This document shows, piece after piece, positions 9,732 to 18,725 of a stretch of DNA of 37,196 nucleotides. Below the pieces are notes generated by a model that was given only the letters and a program-made list of their open reading frames with translations, was not told the origin of the DNA and searched no databases. A program made the translations under genes and the position numbers. The DNA is from Verrucomicrobia bacterium UBA6015 (lineage in GTDB: Bacteria; Verrucomicrobiota; Kiritimatiellia; UBA8416). Numbering within the stretch: the stretch's first letter is position 1; each line of letters begins with the position of its first letter. Where the stretch lies: the NCBI GenBank assembly GCA_002428045.1, contig DIZZ01000154.1, positions 4,691-41,886 of the forward strand, in the 5' to 3' direction.

Positions 9732-12343
9732 GAGACGCTAAATGAAACACCGGTAAGATGCCCGCTGTCGACCGTATCCTTGCCTAGCGCATCCATTAAC
9801 GACATCACCAGCGCCGCCGTAAACGGCAGGGATTGGATAAACAGCATGGCTGACCACAGTGCGGCCTCGCCGTTATAGGGTGAGAAAACCACAAGGACCG
9901 CCGTCGCCAACCCCCAGAGCGTCGCCGCCAGAATCGTTTCATCACGGGCCACCAGCACGGCCTTTAACCAGGAGTCCCGCATTCCCCATTTCGGCGTTCG
10001 GACAAACGGCCTGCCGGATGTGAAAAGACCAACCCAGATCGCGCGGCCCACCGTGTAACTCAACGCCATGCCAGCAATGGCGGCGCCCAGCACTTCACGG
10101 CGCGAGGCACCAATGATTTTCCGGAAGAGCAGGATATGCATCAAGAGTTTAAACATGAATGCCAGCATCGCTGGCAACACCAGTACCGCCGGGGGGAATC
10201 CGAAAAATTCGGATTCGCTGAGCAGGCCCGTCGACCAGAGGATCGAGGCGGCGGTGAATGTCAGGTGCAGCGCATCGGAAAGCCACGGCAGCCAGCCCGC
10301 AAGAAAGTGGAACTGCTGGGCAAATGTCAGTCCACCCGCTCTGGAGAATAAGGCGTGCCGGTGCCGTTTGAGTATCTGCATCGCGCCATAGGCCCAGCGG
10401 AAGCGCTGCGTCCGGTAATCGTGGAACGTGTCAGGAATCTGGCCCTGCCCGAAACTCTGGCTGCAATAGACCGATTCCCAGCCGCGCTGGAATAGCCGCA
10501 ACCCCAGTTCCGAGTCCTCTGTGATACACCATTCCCCCCAGCCCCCGGAGTTCACCAGTGCGGTACGGCGGATCATCGTCATCGTCCCATGCTGAATAAT
10601 CGCATTACGTTCATTTCGCTGCACCATGCCGATGTGGAAGAACCCTGAATATTCGTGATGGCAGGCTGTCTTGAACAGATTGCCTTTCCAGTCGTAATAG
10701 TCCTGCGGTGACTGCACAAACCCCACCCGATCGTTATCGAAAAAGCTGCTCATGGCACTCAGCCAGTCTGGCGCGACCAGATAGTCGCTGTCAATGACGG
10801 CAATGATCTCTGCCTTGGCGTCTGTTTGCGAGAGCGCAAAATTAAGTGCCCCCGCCTTGAATCCCGGCCACTTCGGCAGATGGTAGAACCGGAACCGCGC
10901 CCCGAGTCGGAGGCACTCTTGTTCCACCGGTCTCCAAGTCAGTTCCTCCTTGGTGTTGTTGTCTACCACGATAACCTCAAAAGAGGGATAGGTGAGTTGG
11001 GCAAGCTTCCGCAGGGTTGCAATCACCATCGCTGGCGGTTCGTTGTACGTTGGCACATGAATCGAGACCATGCTCAGGCGAGAGCCCGCCGGCAGCGCCA
11101 GCGGCGTGAACCGGCGACGCCAGCGGTGCAGCCAGATCCGTTCAACCAGCTCTAGTCCGTCGCCCAGCAGCACCAGCATTAACCCGATATTGGCCAGCAT
11201 CAGGAATATCCACGAAATGGCGGACGCCGGGGCAAATGGACGATGCGTCAGTTCCAGCGCCGTCCAGACCAGCGCGGTCGACAGCAGATGAAGCAGTCCG
11301 CCATAAAGGAACATTCCGAAACTGTGCAGATTCTGGTGCGACCCGGTGAACGCCAACAGCAGCAGGCTCCCCAGCAGCACCGCCGCCGCCGCATACCGTC
11401 TCCAATCGCTGAATTCCCGTACCTTTCCGGTCAGCTCGTACTTGGGGTTGCGCTCACTATCCAGCCAACCCCAGCTTGTGCCTGCAGGGCCTTCGATCTC
11501 CATTTTCCAGGGCTGATCAATCGCCTCCATCAGGCTGTAATCGAGGTTCTGGGCCTTGGCCACTTGTAGGAATTCTCGTACAAACGACGCCTGATTAACC
11601 AGCGAGGGGCGGGCAGCGCGCACCCATGGGCCTTCGCTAGGCCACCCAATCTCACTGATGAATATTGGCTTATTGGGGTATTTCTCACGCAGGGAGCCAT
11701 AGCGATCCATGACAAACTGGATCGCATCCTCGATCGCAATCCCCTCCCAGTAAGGCAGGATATGCACGGCGATGAAATCGACCGTATCCACCAGTTTGGG
11801 ATTGTTCATCCAGACCTGCCAGACATCTGCCGTGGAGATCTTCACGCCGGTTTTGCTCTGAACCTGCTTAATGTACGTAATCAACTCATCGACCGACATC
11901 TCCCCGCGCAGAATGACCTCATTACCGACCAGAGCCCGCCGGATATATCCACGGTTCTTCCTAAGCATTTGAATAAGGGCTTTAATCTCCTCGCGATTGA
12001 CATCCGTCTGACTATCCAGCCACGCCCCCGGGAGGATTCCAAGGCCAAGGGATTTGGCCACGGCGGGCAGATCTTGCTGCCCGTTGGAAACCGCATAGGT
12101 TCGGATGCTCTTGATAAACGGTGCCAGCTTGACCAGATCTTCGCGCATCTGCTCCAGCGTTGGAAACCGACCTTCGATCGGGTTCTGGTCCGCGCGGTAA
12201 GGCGCATAGGAAAGCGAAGGCAGCGCCGCATCCCGCCAATCCTTCAATTTTACAGACCTGTTCAGCAGGGACCACCCGCTGAAATTACACACCGCCAGCA
12301 GCCCCCCGACGAAACACATTTTGGCTAGCAGATTCTTACGCAT
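9728..12343 (-). CDS. ndvB: GH17-GT2 fusion; NdvB-like (cyclic) beta-1,3-glucan synthase
   Basis: Periplasmic GH17 domain (VGNEV acid/base, ISEIGWPS nucleophile), TM helices, GT2 motifs KAGALN, IDSD, ITED, QRFRW, then C-terminal TMs. 871 aa, matching the architecture of Pseudomonas NdvB. Confidence 0.8.
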   Translation of the reverse strand: MRKNLLAKMCFVGGLLAVCNFSGWSLLNRSVKLKDWRDAALPSLSYAPYRADQNPIEGRFPTLEQMREDLVKLAPFIKSIRTYAVSNGQQDLPAVAKSLGLGILPGAWLDSQTDVNREEIKALIQMLRKNRGYIRRALVGNEVILRGEMSVDELITYIKQVQSKTGVKISTADVWQVWMNNPKLVDTVDFIAVHILPYWEGIAIEDAIQFVMDRYGSLREKYPNKPIFISEIGWPSEGPWVRAARPSLVNQASFVREFLQVAKAQNLDYSLMEAIDQPWKMEIEGPAGTSWGWLDSERNPKYELTGKVREFSDWRRYAAAAVLLGSLLLLAFTGSHQNLHSFGMFLYGGLLHLLSTALVWTALELTHRPFAPASAISWIFLMLANIGLMLVLLGDGLELVERIWLHRWRRRFTPLALPAGSRLSMVSIHVPTYNEPPAMVIATLRKLAQLTYPSFEVIVVDNNTKEELTWRPVEQECLRLGARFRFYHLPKWPGFKAGALNFALSQTDAKAEIIAVIDSDYLVAPDWLSAMSSFFDNDRVGFVQSPQDYYDWKGNLFKTACHHEYSGFFHIGMVQRNERNAIIQHGTMTMIRRTALVNSGGWGEWCITEDSELGLRLFQRGWESVYCSQSFGQGQIPDTFHDYRTQRFRWAYGAMQILKRHRHALFSRAGGLTFAQQFHFLAGWLPWLSDALHLTFTAASILWSTGLLSESEFFGFPPAVLVLPAMLAFMFKLLMHILLFRKIIGASRREVLGAAIAGMALSYTVGRAIWVGLFTSGRPFVRTPKWGMRDSWLKAVLVARDETILAATLWGLATAVLVVFSPYNGEAALWSAMLFIQSLPFTAALVMSLMDALGKDTVDSGHLTGVSFSVS

Positions 12344-12405
12344 GGTTTTTACTGAACAAGGTTAACTCGCAAACAAGGCAAACGAAAAAAATCAAACGGG
12401 GTCTG

Positions 12406-12433
12406 ATTATGCACGCTCGGCCTGCTAATGCAA
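12406..12433 (-). promoter_or_regulatory. Candidate sigma70 promoter for the ndvB-oppA unit
   Basis: Minus strand TTGCAT-N16-CATAAT upstream of a T-rich leader. Confidence 0.3.
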
Positions 12434-12435
12434 GA

Positions 12436-13404
12436 CTAACCGAAGCAGGACCGCAGCGCCAGCCATAGCGGGATGGTCAGCAAGCTGAAAAGATGGGTGA
12501 TCAGTACGCTGGATGCTGCGAATTCGCTGTCAGCCCGGTAAATCTCGCTCAGCACCACACTGGTGATGGCGGACGGCATGATCGCCACCAGGCAGAGGAT
12601 ACGTTCCACGTCCGCAGGCAGTGACAGCAAGCTCATCAGGCCGATGGCGGCTGCCGGTATGATGATGAGTCGCAGAACCCCCACGGAAAGCTGAGCGCGG
12701 CTGAACAGGTGCTGCCCACGCAGTCCTGCCATCCGGCTGCCAGCCACAATCATCGCGATGGGGATGGTTGCCCCGCCGATAAGCGTGAGTGCGGACATGA
12801 TGGCATCAATTAACGCCTGCACGGCGGGCACGGCGAGAAACGATGCGGCATTGGATGGCAGTCTGTCACGCAACAGGATGACGACAAGTGCGGCAGCCAT
12901 GGTCAACAACGGTGTGTTCAGGAGATAGCGCAGGCTATCCCGGCGTAACTGGCGCCCGGAAAGGGCATACACACCCAGCGTCCAGACCGCCACCTCCGGA
13001 CCCAGGGTCGAGAAAATCAATCCGGCCACCCCGGTCTCTCCCCAGAGCATCAACGCCAGCGGCATCGGCAGGAATGAGTAATTGTTCACGGTGCATTGGA
13101 AAAGGAAGGCATGCCCCCGTTGGCTGTGCGGGTCGACCACCAGACGTTCAACCAGCAGGCCGATCCCGAACCCAAGAAGCATGATCAGAAACCCACCGAC
13201 AGGCAGCAGCCAATGCGCTGCCAGCCCGTCGGCGTCGAAATTTCGCAACATGCTCGTAAAGATCAGCGCCGGATAAAAGAAATTGGTCAGCAAGCGTGAA
13301 AGATTGCGCGTGGACTCCGCATCGATCATCCGTCGTTGCCGTGCCAACCAGCCCATGCCGATCATCAGGAACACCGATAATAGCCGAAGCAGGATTGAAA
13401 ACAT
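12436..13404 (-). CDS. AEC (auxin efflux carrier)-family membrane transporter
   Basis: ~10 TM helices; NNYSFLPMPL, NTPLL, IMPSA and FAASSVLITHLFSLLTIPLW motifs. Start could extend to 13416. Confidence 0.85.
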   Translation of the reverse strand: MFSILLRLLSVFLMIGMGWLARQRRMIDAESTRNLSRLLTNFFYPALIFTSMLRNFDADGLAAHWLLPVGGFLIMLLGFGIGLLVERLVVDPHSQRGHAFLFQCTVNNYSFLPMPLALMLWGETGVAGLIFSTLGPEVAVWTLGVYALSGRQLRRDSLRYLLNTPLLTMAAALVVILLRDRLPSNAASFLAVPAVQALIDAIMSALTLIGGATIPIAMIVAGSRMAGLRGQHLFSRAQLSVGVLRLIIIPAAAIGLMSLLSLPADVERILCLVAIMPSAITSVVLSEIYRADSEFAASSVLITHLFSLLTIPLWLALRSCFG

Positions 13405-13454
13405 GCCGCTAACCAACCTTAAAACGCATCGGATCGCCCGTGATCAGCCGAACG

Positions 13455-15395
13455 CTAGATAGCCGACCGCTTCAGCATGAAGTCCTTGATCGTCACCCCG
13501 CGGATATTATCACCGCTCCGTGAGAAGGTGAGTGTATTCCTGCCTTTGATCAATGGGATGACCACCGCGGCGGACGTGTCCCACATCCCCATCGTCAAGG
13601 GTAATACCATATCAACGGGAACCTCGGCACCATTTACGGAGATCCGGAGATGCTGGTCGCCGGTAACCGTGACGACCCGTGCGCTCAGGGCATACGGCCC
13701 GGCTTCGGCCACGTCGATCGTATACTCGAACGTCTCGGGTTCGCCTGTGCGGTTATAGTGCAACTGTAATCCACCCAGGGCGCTCTTCATGAAAATGATT
13801 TTCGCCGTGCTGGCCGTCGGGCGACTGCAGGCAACGGCAGGAATCGTGATGCTCCCGTCCGTGCCAGCAACAATCCGCCGATCGTCCGCCGTGATATCCA
13901 CGCTTTCGACGACATCCTTTTCCTTGGATTCATTCGCCTCGCCAATGTCCGTGCCTACCGCTGCCAGCGCTACCGCCTTGGCTTCATCGGCGATCGCCCG
14001 CTGCCGGTAGAGCGCCAGGCCGTTCCAAAAACCGGACGGCTCGTCGTGGAAACCTAACACATCGGGCTCACCAACCAGCGTGGCAATCCACTGCGCCCGC
14101 AGCACCTCGAGGAATGCGCCCTCGACGGCCCGAGCCTGCGTATGCAGCAGGAAATCACGATCTTCCGTCCCGTCTTTCAGCCAGCCCCAGCCCCAGCCAG
14201 CCCCCAGATTGATTACCCAGCCCTCGGGAGACCAGTGGGTCAATGTGGCGTGACCAGGCTGCGGACGAGCCAGGGTCGGTATGCCGAACGCACGCAGGAT
14301 GAAGCGACCGAAGAAAGCACGCCGCCCACAGACGCCACCATTCATGATCATGTTCTGGTATTTCTGGAATTCGGGCTTATCGAATTTATCATAGTCAGAA
14401 CCATAGCGGACTTCGGTTTTGACCGCCTTGACATAACGCCAGCGCGTATCGGCAGTGTGGATATGATCCGGTCGGTAGTTGCGAAGCATCTCGCGTCCCC
14501 AAGCCAGCGTGGCGTCCGGCTCGTCGCCATTGACCACGTTACGAAGATCCCATGCCGTCAGGACCGTGAAACTGGGATCCAGCTCGCCATCCAGATACGC
14601 TTTCTCGAAATGCAGGTAGCGGTTGACCGGATCCACAAATGCAGGACCATTGGTCACCGCCGCTGGATTGGCCTGCGCGATCGGCATCGCATGTTCCAGT
14701 GCCGTACCCAGCGCCAGCCTCTGCAGGACACCGTCGGCGGCCTTCGGGCTGGCCTTCTGGATCGCCGCGTAAATCGCCATGGCCTCGCCATACCGCCCCT
14801 CTCTCGCGCCACCGGCCTGCAGCATCTGCTTCATCATGTCGTCATCGGCCAGCAGGGCATCCGCAAGCGCCTTGTTTGCATCCCCCCCCTGGGTGAACGC
14901 AGCAAGACCATGCGGCGTGGCCTGCGACAGGACCATGGCCTTCACCAGGGGTGCATCCAGCGCGTTGCTGGCGAGGAAGGTGTCCATCTGCTTGAGCACA
15001 GCGGCCGCCGGGGCCTGCGCGGTCACGCTCGCCTCAGCCAGCGCCGCCTTGGCCTCGTCGTAGGCTTTGGCCGCCGCATCCTTATCCTTGGCTTTCGCGC
15101 TAGCCCGCAACGTCTTGAGTTCCTCTGCCAGTGCCAACGACTCCGCCTGGTAGGCCTTTACAAACGCCTCCATCGCTGCCGCCTCGACCGTCGGAAGGGC
15201 CTTGGAGATGTCCCCCTTCAATGTGTTGAGCTGCGCCTCGTACTGAGCCTTCAGGGCCTCACCCGTTGCCGTCAACGGCACCGGCGGCAACAGCGCCGCC
15301 TGCTTCTCCTTCGTTGGCGCGGCAGACACGCCACTCGCCCCTGCTCCCACCGTCACCGCGAGACACAACACACCCAGCTTTACCGTTAAATTCAT
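13455..15395 (-). CDS. Secreted hypothetical protein with a transglutaminase/papain-like core and C-terminal CBM6/35-like beta-sandwich
   Basis: Signal peptide; Ala/Lys-rich helical N-terminus; GGVCGRRAFFGRFILRAFGIP...PGHA motif; C-terminal FEYTIDVAEAGPY...ISVNG...KGRNTLTF. Confidence 0.6.
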   Translation of the reverse strand: MNLTVKLGVLCLAVTVGAGASGVSAAPTKEKQAALLPPVPLTATGEALKAQYEAQLNTLKGDISKALPTVEAAAMEAFVKAYQAESLALAEELKTLRASAKAKDKDAAAKAYDEAKAALAEASVTAQAPAAAVLKQMDTFLASNALDAPLVKAMVLSQATPHGLAAFTQGGDANKALADALLADDDMMKQMLQAGGAREGRYGEAMAIYAAIQKASPKAADGVLQRLALGTALEHAMPIAQANPAAVTNGPAFVDPVNRYLHFEKAYLDGELDPSFTVLTAWDLRNVVNGDEPDATLAWGREMLRNYRPDHIHTADTRWRYVKAVKTEVRYGSDYDKFDKPEFQKYQNMIMNGGVCGRRAFFGRFILRAFGIPTLARPQPGHATLTHWSPEGWVINLGAGWGWGWLKDGTEDRDFLLHTQARAVEGAFLEVLRAQWIATLVGEPDVLGFHDEPSGFWNGLALYRQRAIADEAKAVALAAVGTDIGEANESKEKDVVESVDITADDRRIVAGTDGSITIPAVACSRPTASTAKIIFMKSALGGLQLHYNRTGEPETFEYTIDVAEAGPYALSARVVTVTGDQHLRISVNGAEVPVDMVLPLTMGMWDTSAAVVIPLIKGRNTLTFSRSGDNIRGVTIKDFMLKRSAI

Positions 15396-15716
15396 GATTG
15401 CACCCTTACTACTGTATGTACCGACGTCGACCGAACTACCACTTCACCATGAAGATCTTAGCAATGTAGCAAGCGTCCAGCCAATCCGCAATTACGACAT
15501 TTACATAACCCCCTTGCGACACCCCTCGCCCGGAGATCTTCGCCCTACCTGCCTTTGCATGGCCTCGTCATCTGTGGTCGTTGCCCGATTCCCGAAAAAG
15601 ATCTTACCCTCCTTATTTCGCACGCCCCCCGGGGTGGTCGGCTTGTTCCGTTAGCTGTTCCGCCTCGGATTCGCGAATGGCCGTCAAAATAAAAAACGCG
15701 AGGGTGATGAAATGGG

Positions 15717-15746
15717 TTGACAGCCAAGGGGCTGTTGCGTTAGATT
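15717..15746 (+). promoter_or_regulatory. sigma70 promoter of rplM-rpsI
   Basis: Consensus TTGACA-N18-TAGATT, 35 nt upstream of the rplM ATG. Confidence 0.6.
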
Positions 15747-15781
15747 TCGCAACTGTTCTATTTTGGGAAGGAAGATTAGCG

Positions 15782-16210
15782 ATGAAGACATTTGTGCCGA
15801 AGGATCCGGGAGCTGCCCGGGAATGGTATGTAATTGACGCGGAGAATGTGTCTGTTGGCCGGTTGGGCGTGAAGGTTGCCGATCTGCTGCGAGGCAAGGA
15901 TAAACCGATCTATTCACCGCATGTGGATACCGGAGCGTTTGTCGTTGTCGTCAATGCCGACAAGGTGAAATTGACGGGCAACAAGGAAGAGAACAAGACC
16001 TATGCCCGGTATTCTGGATGGCGGGGTGGGTATCGCGAGACGGTTGCGTCGGAAATGCGTGAAAAGCATCCGGAGCGGATTATCGAGGCGGCAGTCAAGG
16101 GAATGCTTCCGGGCAATAATCTGTGCCGTCAGATGGTGTCGCGGTTGAAAGTGTATGCGGGCGCCGGGCATCCTCACGAAGCTCAGCGGCCAAACAAGGT
16201 GGCGGTATAA
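15782..16210 (+). CDS. rplM: 50S ribosomal protein L13
   Basis: MKTF...WYVIDA...LGVKVADLLRGKDKPIYSPHVDTG...AVKGMLP...LKVYAGAGHPHEAQ; 142 aa. Confidence 0.98.
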   Translation: MKTFVPKDPGAAREWYVIDAENVSVGRLGVKVADLLRGKDKPIYSPHVDTGAFVVVVNADKVKLTGNKEENKTYARYSGWRGGYRETVASEMREKHPERIIEAAVKGMLPGNNLCRQMVSRLKVYAGAGHPHEAQRPNKVAV

Positions 16211-16217
16211 TCGGTTT

Positions 16218-16241
16218 TCCTGGGCATCGCCCGGGATTTTT
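16218..16241 (+). terminator. Terminator-like hairpin between rplM and rpsI
   Basis: TCCTGGGC-ATC-GCCCGGGA (8-bp stem with one G-U pair) followed by TTTTT. Confidence 0.35.
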
Positions 16242-16255
16242 CAAGGGAGCTTGCA

Positions 16256-16654
16256 GTGGCAGACAAAGTTGATCAGATCAGTGCGACAGGCAGACGTAAA
16301 ACAGCGGTGGCTCGGGTAAATTTGACCGAAGGCACCGGTGTATGCAAGGTGAACAAGCGTGCAATGGGTGACTATTTCCCGAGCGAGGCGCTGCGGCAGT
16401 ATATTGTGCAGCCGTTGCACCTGACACACATGCAGGAAAAGTTTGACATCACCGCCACGCTCAAGGGCGGCGGGATGGCTGGGCAGGCAGGTGCGTTGCG
16501 TCATGCGTTGGCGCGTGCGTTGACCGCCGCCGATGCGTCGCTGCGCGAGGTGCTGAAGAACAGCGGTTGTCTGACGCGTGATGCCCGAATGAAGGAACGC
16601 AAGAAACCGGGTCAACCGGGTGCTCGCAAACGCTTCCAGTTCTCCAAACGTTAA
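16256..16654 (+). CDS. rpsI: 30S ribosomal protein S9
   Basis: GTG start after GGGAG; ATGRRKTAVARV, GGGMAGQAGALRH, LTRDARMKERKKPG...QFSKR. Confidence 0.98.
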   Translation: MADKVDQISATGRRKTAVARVNLTEGTGVCKVNKRAMGDYFPSEALRQYIVQPLHLTHMQEKFDITATLKGGGMAGQAGALRHALARALTAADASLREVLKNSGCLTRDARMKERKKPGQPGARKRFQFSKR

Positions 16655-16727
16655 AAGGTTTTGCCCGCCGTTTCTTTCTACAGCTTGACGGATGTGAGGA
16701 GACCGGCGAAGAAGGACAGGTCTTTCG

Positions 16728-18593
16728 ATGCCCATCAAGCTCATTAAGAAACTAGCAGGCAAGATAATCCGCAAGGCGACCGGCAATAAAGCCGTGTCGC
16801 CGGAGACGGCTGAACGGCCACGGAAGGCGACGAAAGCCTCGGCTGGCAGTTCGGTTGTCGTTCCGGGCGACGGCCCTGCAGAGCTCTGGCGGCCGGGGGA
16901 TCCCGTGCCGCCCGTCAAATCCAGTGCGCGTCCAGTGCGCACCCCTCGGTCTGCACAGTCCTCCCGCACGGATCGCCCGCCGCGTTCTGAACGCGCCAAG
17001 GATCCGGGGCGGGACGCTGCTGTAGTGCGCTCACCAAGGACTGTCGAAAGGGAGCCCCGCCCAAGCGACGGTGAGCCAGCGGCTGAAGGTGCAGAGAATC
17101 CAGACGGAACCCCACGGCGGAGGCGGTCTCGTGGCGGTCGCGGCCGGTCGCGGCGTCCGGACGGAGCGGCAGCGGAGATCGCTACCGAAGCGCCAATCGC
17201 AGGTAACGACGCACCCGGCGTGGATCTCGTTCCTGCCGCCGCGCCTACGGCGCAAGCGCGTAACAACGGTCCGTGGACGCAGGCGGATTATGTCGTGGAG
17301 CCTGCCGATGGAAAGCTCCGTTTCCAGGATGCCGAGCTTCCTGATACCATTCTACATGCCCTTGCTGATCTGGGCTTTAAGTATTGTACCCCCATTCAGG
17401 CTCGCGTGCTCCAAGAGGTGACCGAGGGGCATAATGTGGCTGGCAAGGCCCAGACCGGCACCGGCAAGACCGCCGCCTTCCTGCTTCTGGCCTTCAAGCA
17501 ATTTCTACAGAACCCACCTCCTGCGGATCGCTCATGCGGCAAACCGCGCGCACTGGTCCTGGCACCGACCCGCGAACTGGTGATCCAGATCGTGAATGAT
17601 GCCCAAGACATCGGCAAGTACTGCGGGATGCAGTGCGTTGCGGTCTACGGGGGCACGGACTATGACCGTCAGGAACGCGAACTGCTGACCGCCCCGGTGG
17701 ACTTGATTGCCGCCACCCCCGGACGCTTGTTGGATTTCTGTCGCAAGGGGAATCTGGATCTCAGTTCCGTCGAGGTGCTGGTCATTGATGAAGCCGACCG
17801 GATGCTCGATATGGGCTTTATCCCGGATGTGCGCACGATCATACGCAAACTACCGCCCAAGGACCAGCGCCGTACCCTGCTGTTCAGTGCCACCCTATCG
17901 GATGACGTGATGCGCTTGGCTGCGCAATGGATGCCGGATCCGCATGTGGTCGAAGTCGAACCCGATCAGGTCGCCGTCGACACCGTCAAGCAGCTTGTGT
18001 ACATGGTGCGGGCACAGGAGAAGTTCACCGTGCTGTATAACCTGCTCAAGCGCCCGACCATGGGCCGGGTGCTGGTGTTCGCCAATCGGCGGGATCAGAC
18101 CGACCGGATTGCCTTCGAGCTGAAGCGCTACGGGATTGATTGCGAGATTCTTTCCGGCGCGGTGGATCAGAAAAAGCGGATGCGCGTGCTGGAGGATTTC
18201 CGCTCGGGAAAGGTAAAGACCGTAGTCGCGACCGATGTGGCCGGGCGCGGATTGCATGTGGATGAGATTGATCATGTGGTTAACTTCGACTTGCCGTATG
18301 AAGCCGAGGATTATGTCCATCGTATCGGGCGTACCGGTCGGGCGGGAGCTCAGGGAACCGCCGTCTCGTTTGCCTGCGAGGATGAATCGTTCGGTATTCC
18401 CGAAATCGAGGCCTACATGGGCGAATCCATGTCGTGCAAGTATCCCGAGGACATCCTCCTACGCCCCTTACCGCATACGCAGGCGGCAGGGTATGTCCGG
18501 CCGCCGCGGAGCGGTGGTTCGGGGAGTGGCGGCGGACGCCGCGGAGGACCGGGCGGTGGCGGGCACGATAGTGCGCGGCGCAGGCCGCGTTAG
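16728..18593 (+). CDS. DEAD-box ATP-dependent RNA helicase (RhlB-like) with disordered termini
   Basis: Q motif (FKYCTPIQ), AQTGTGKT, LAPTREL, TPGRLLD, DEAD, SAT, HRIGRTGR; ~180-aa Pro/Arg-rich N-terminus and Gly/Arg-rich tail. Confidence 0.93.
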   Translation: MPIKLIKKLAGKIIRKATGNKAVSPETAERPRKATKASAGSSVVVPGDGPAELWRPGDPVPPVKSSARPVRTPRSAQSSRTDRPPRSERAKDPGRDAAVVRSPRTVEREPRPSDGEPAAEGAENPDGTPRRRRSRGGRGRSRRPDGAAAEIATEAPIAGNDAPGVDLVPAAAPTAQARNNGPWTQADYVVEPADGKLRFQDAELPDTILHALADLGFKYCTPIQARVLQEVTEGHNVAGKAQTGTGKTAAFLLLAFKQFLQNPPPADRSCGKPRALVLAPTRELVIQIVNDAQDIGKYCGMQCVAVYGGTDYDRQERELLTAPVDLIAATPGRLLDFCRKGNLDLSSVEVLVIDEADRMLDMGFIPDVRTIIRKLPPKDQRRTLLFSATLSDDVMRLAAQWMPDPHVVEVEPDQVAVDTVKQLVYMVRAQEKFTVLYNLLKRPTMGRVLVFANRRDQTDRIAFELKRYGIDCEILSGAVDQKKRMRVLEDFRSGKVKTVVATDVAGRGLHVDEIDHVVNFDLPYEAEDYVHRIGRTGRAGAQGTAVSFACEDESFGIPEIEAYMGESMSCKYPEDILLRPLPHTQAAGYVRPPRSGGSGSGGGRRGGPGGGGHDSARRRPR

Positions 18594-18725
18594 GGGTGGC
18601 CATGCGGCCATTTCCTGCGTCTGCATTTTTCGTTGCCATGCTCGGTTTTCTATTCGACTTTTGCCGTTGAATCGTGGATAGTTACTACGTTTTTTCGTTG
18701 GCCATTTGGACACGTGGGGGGATTG

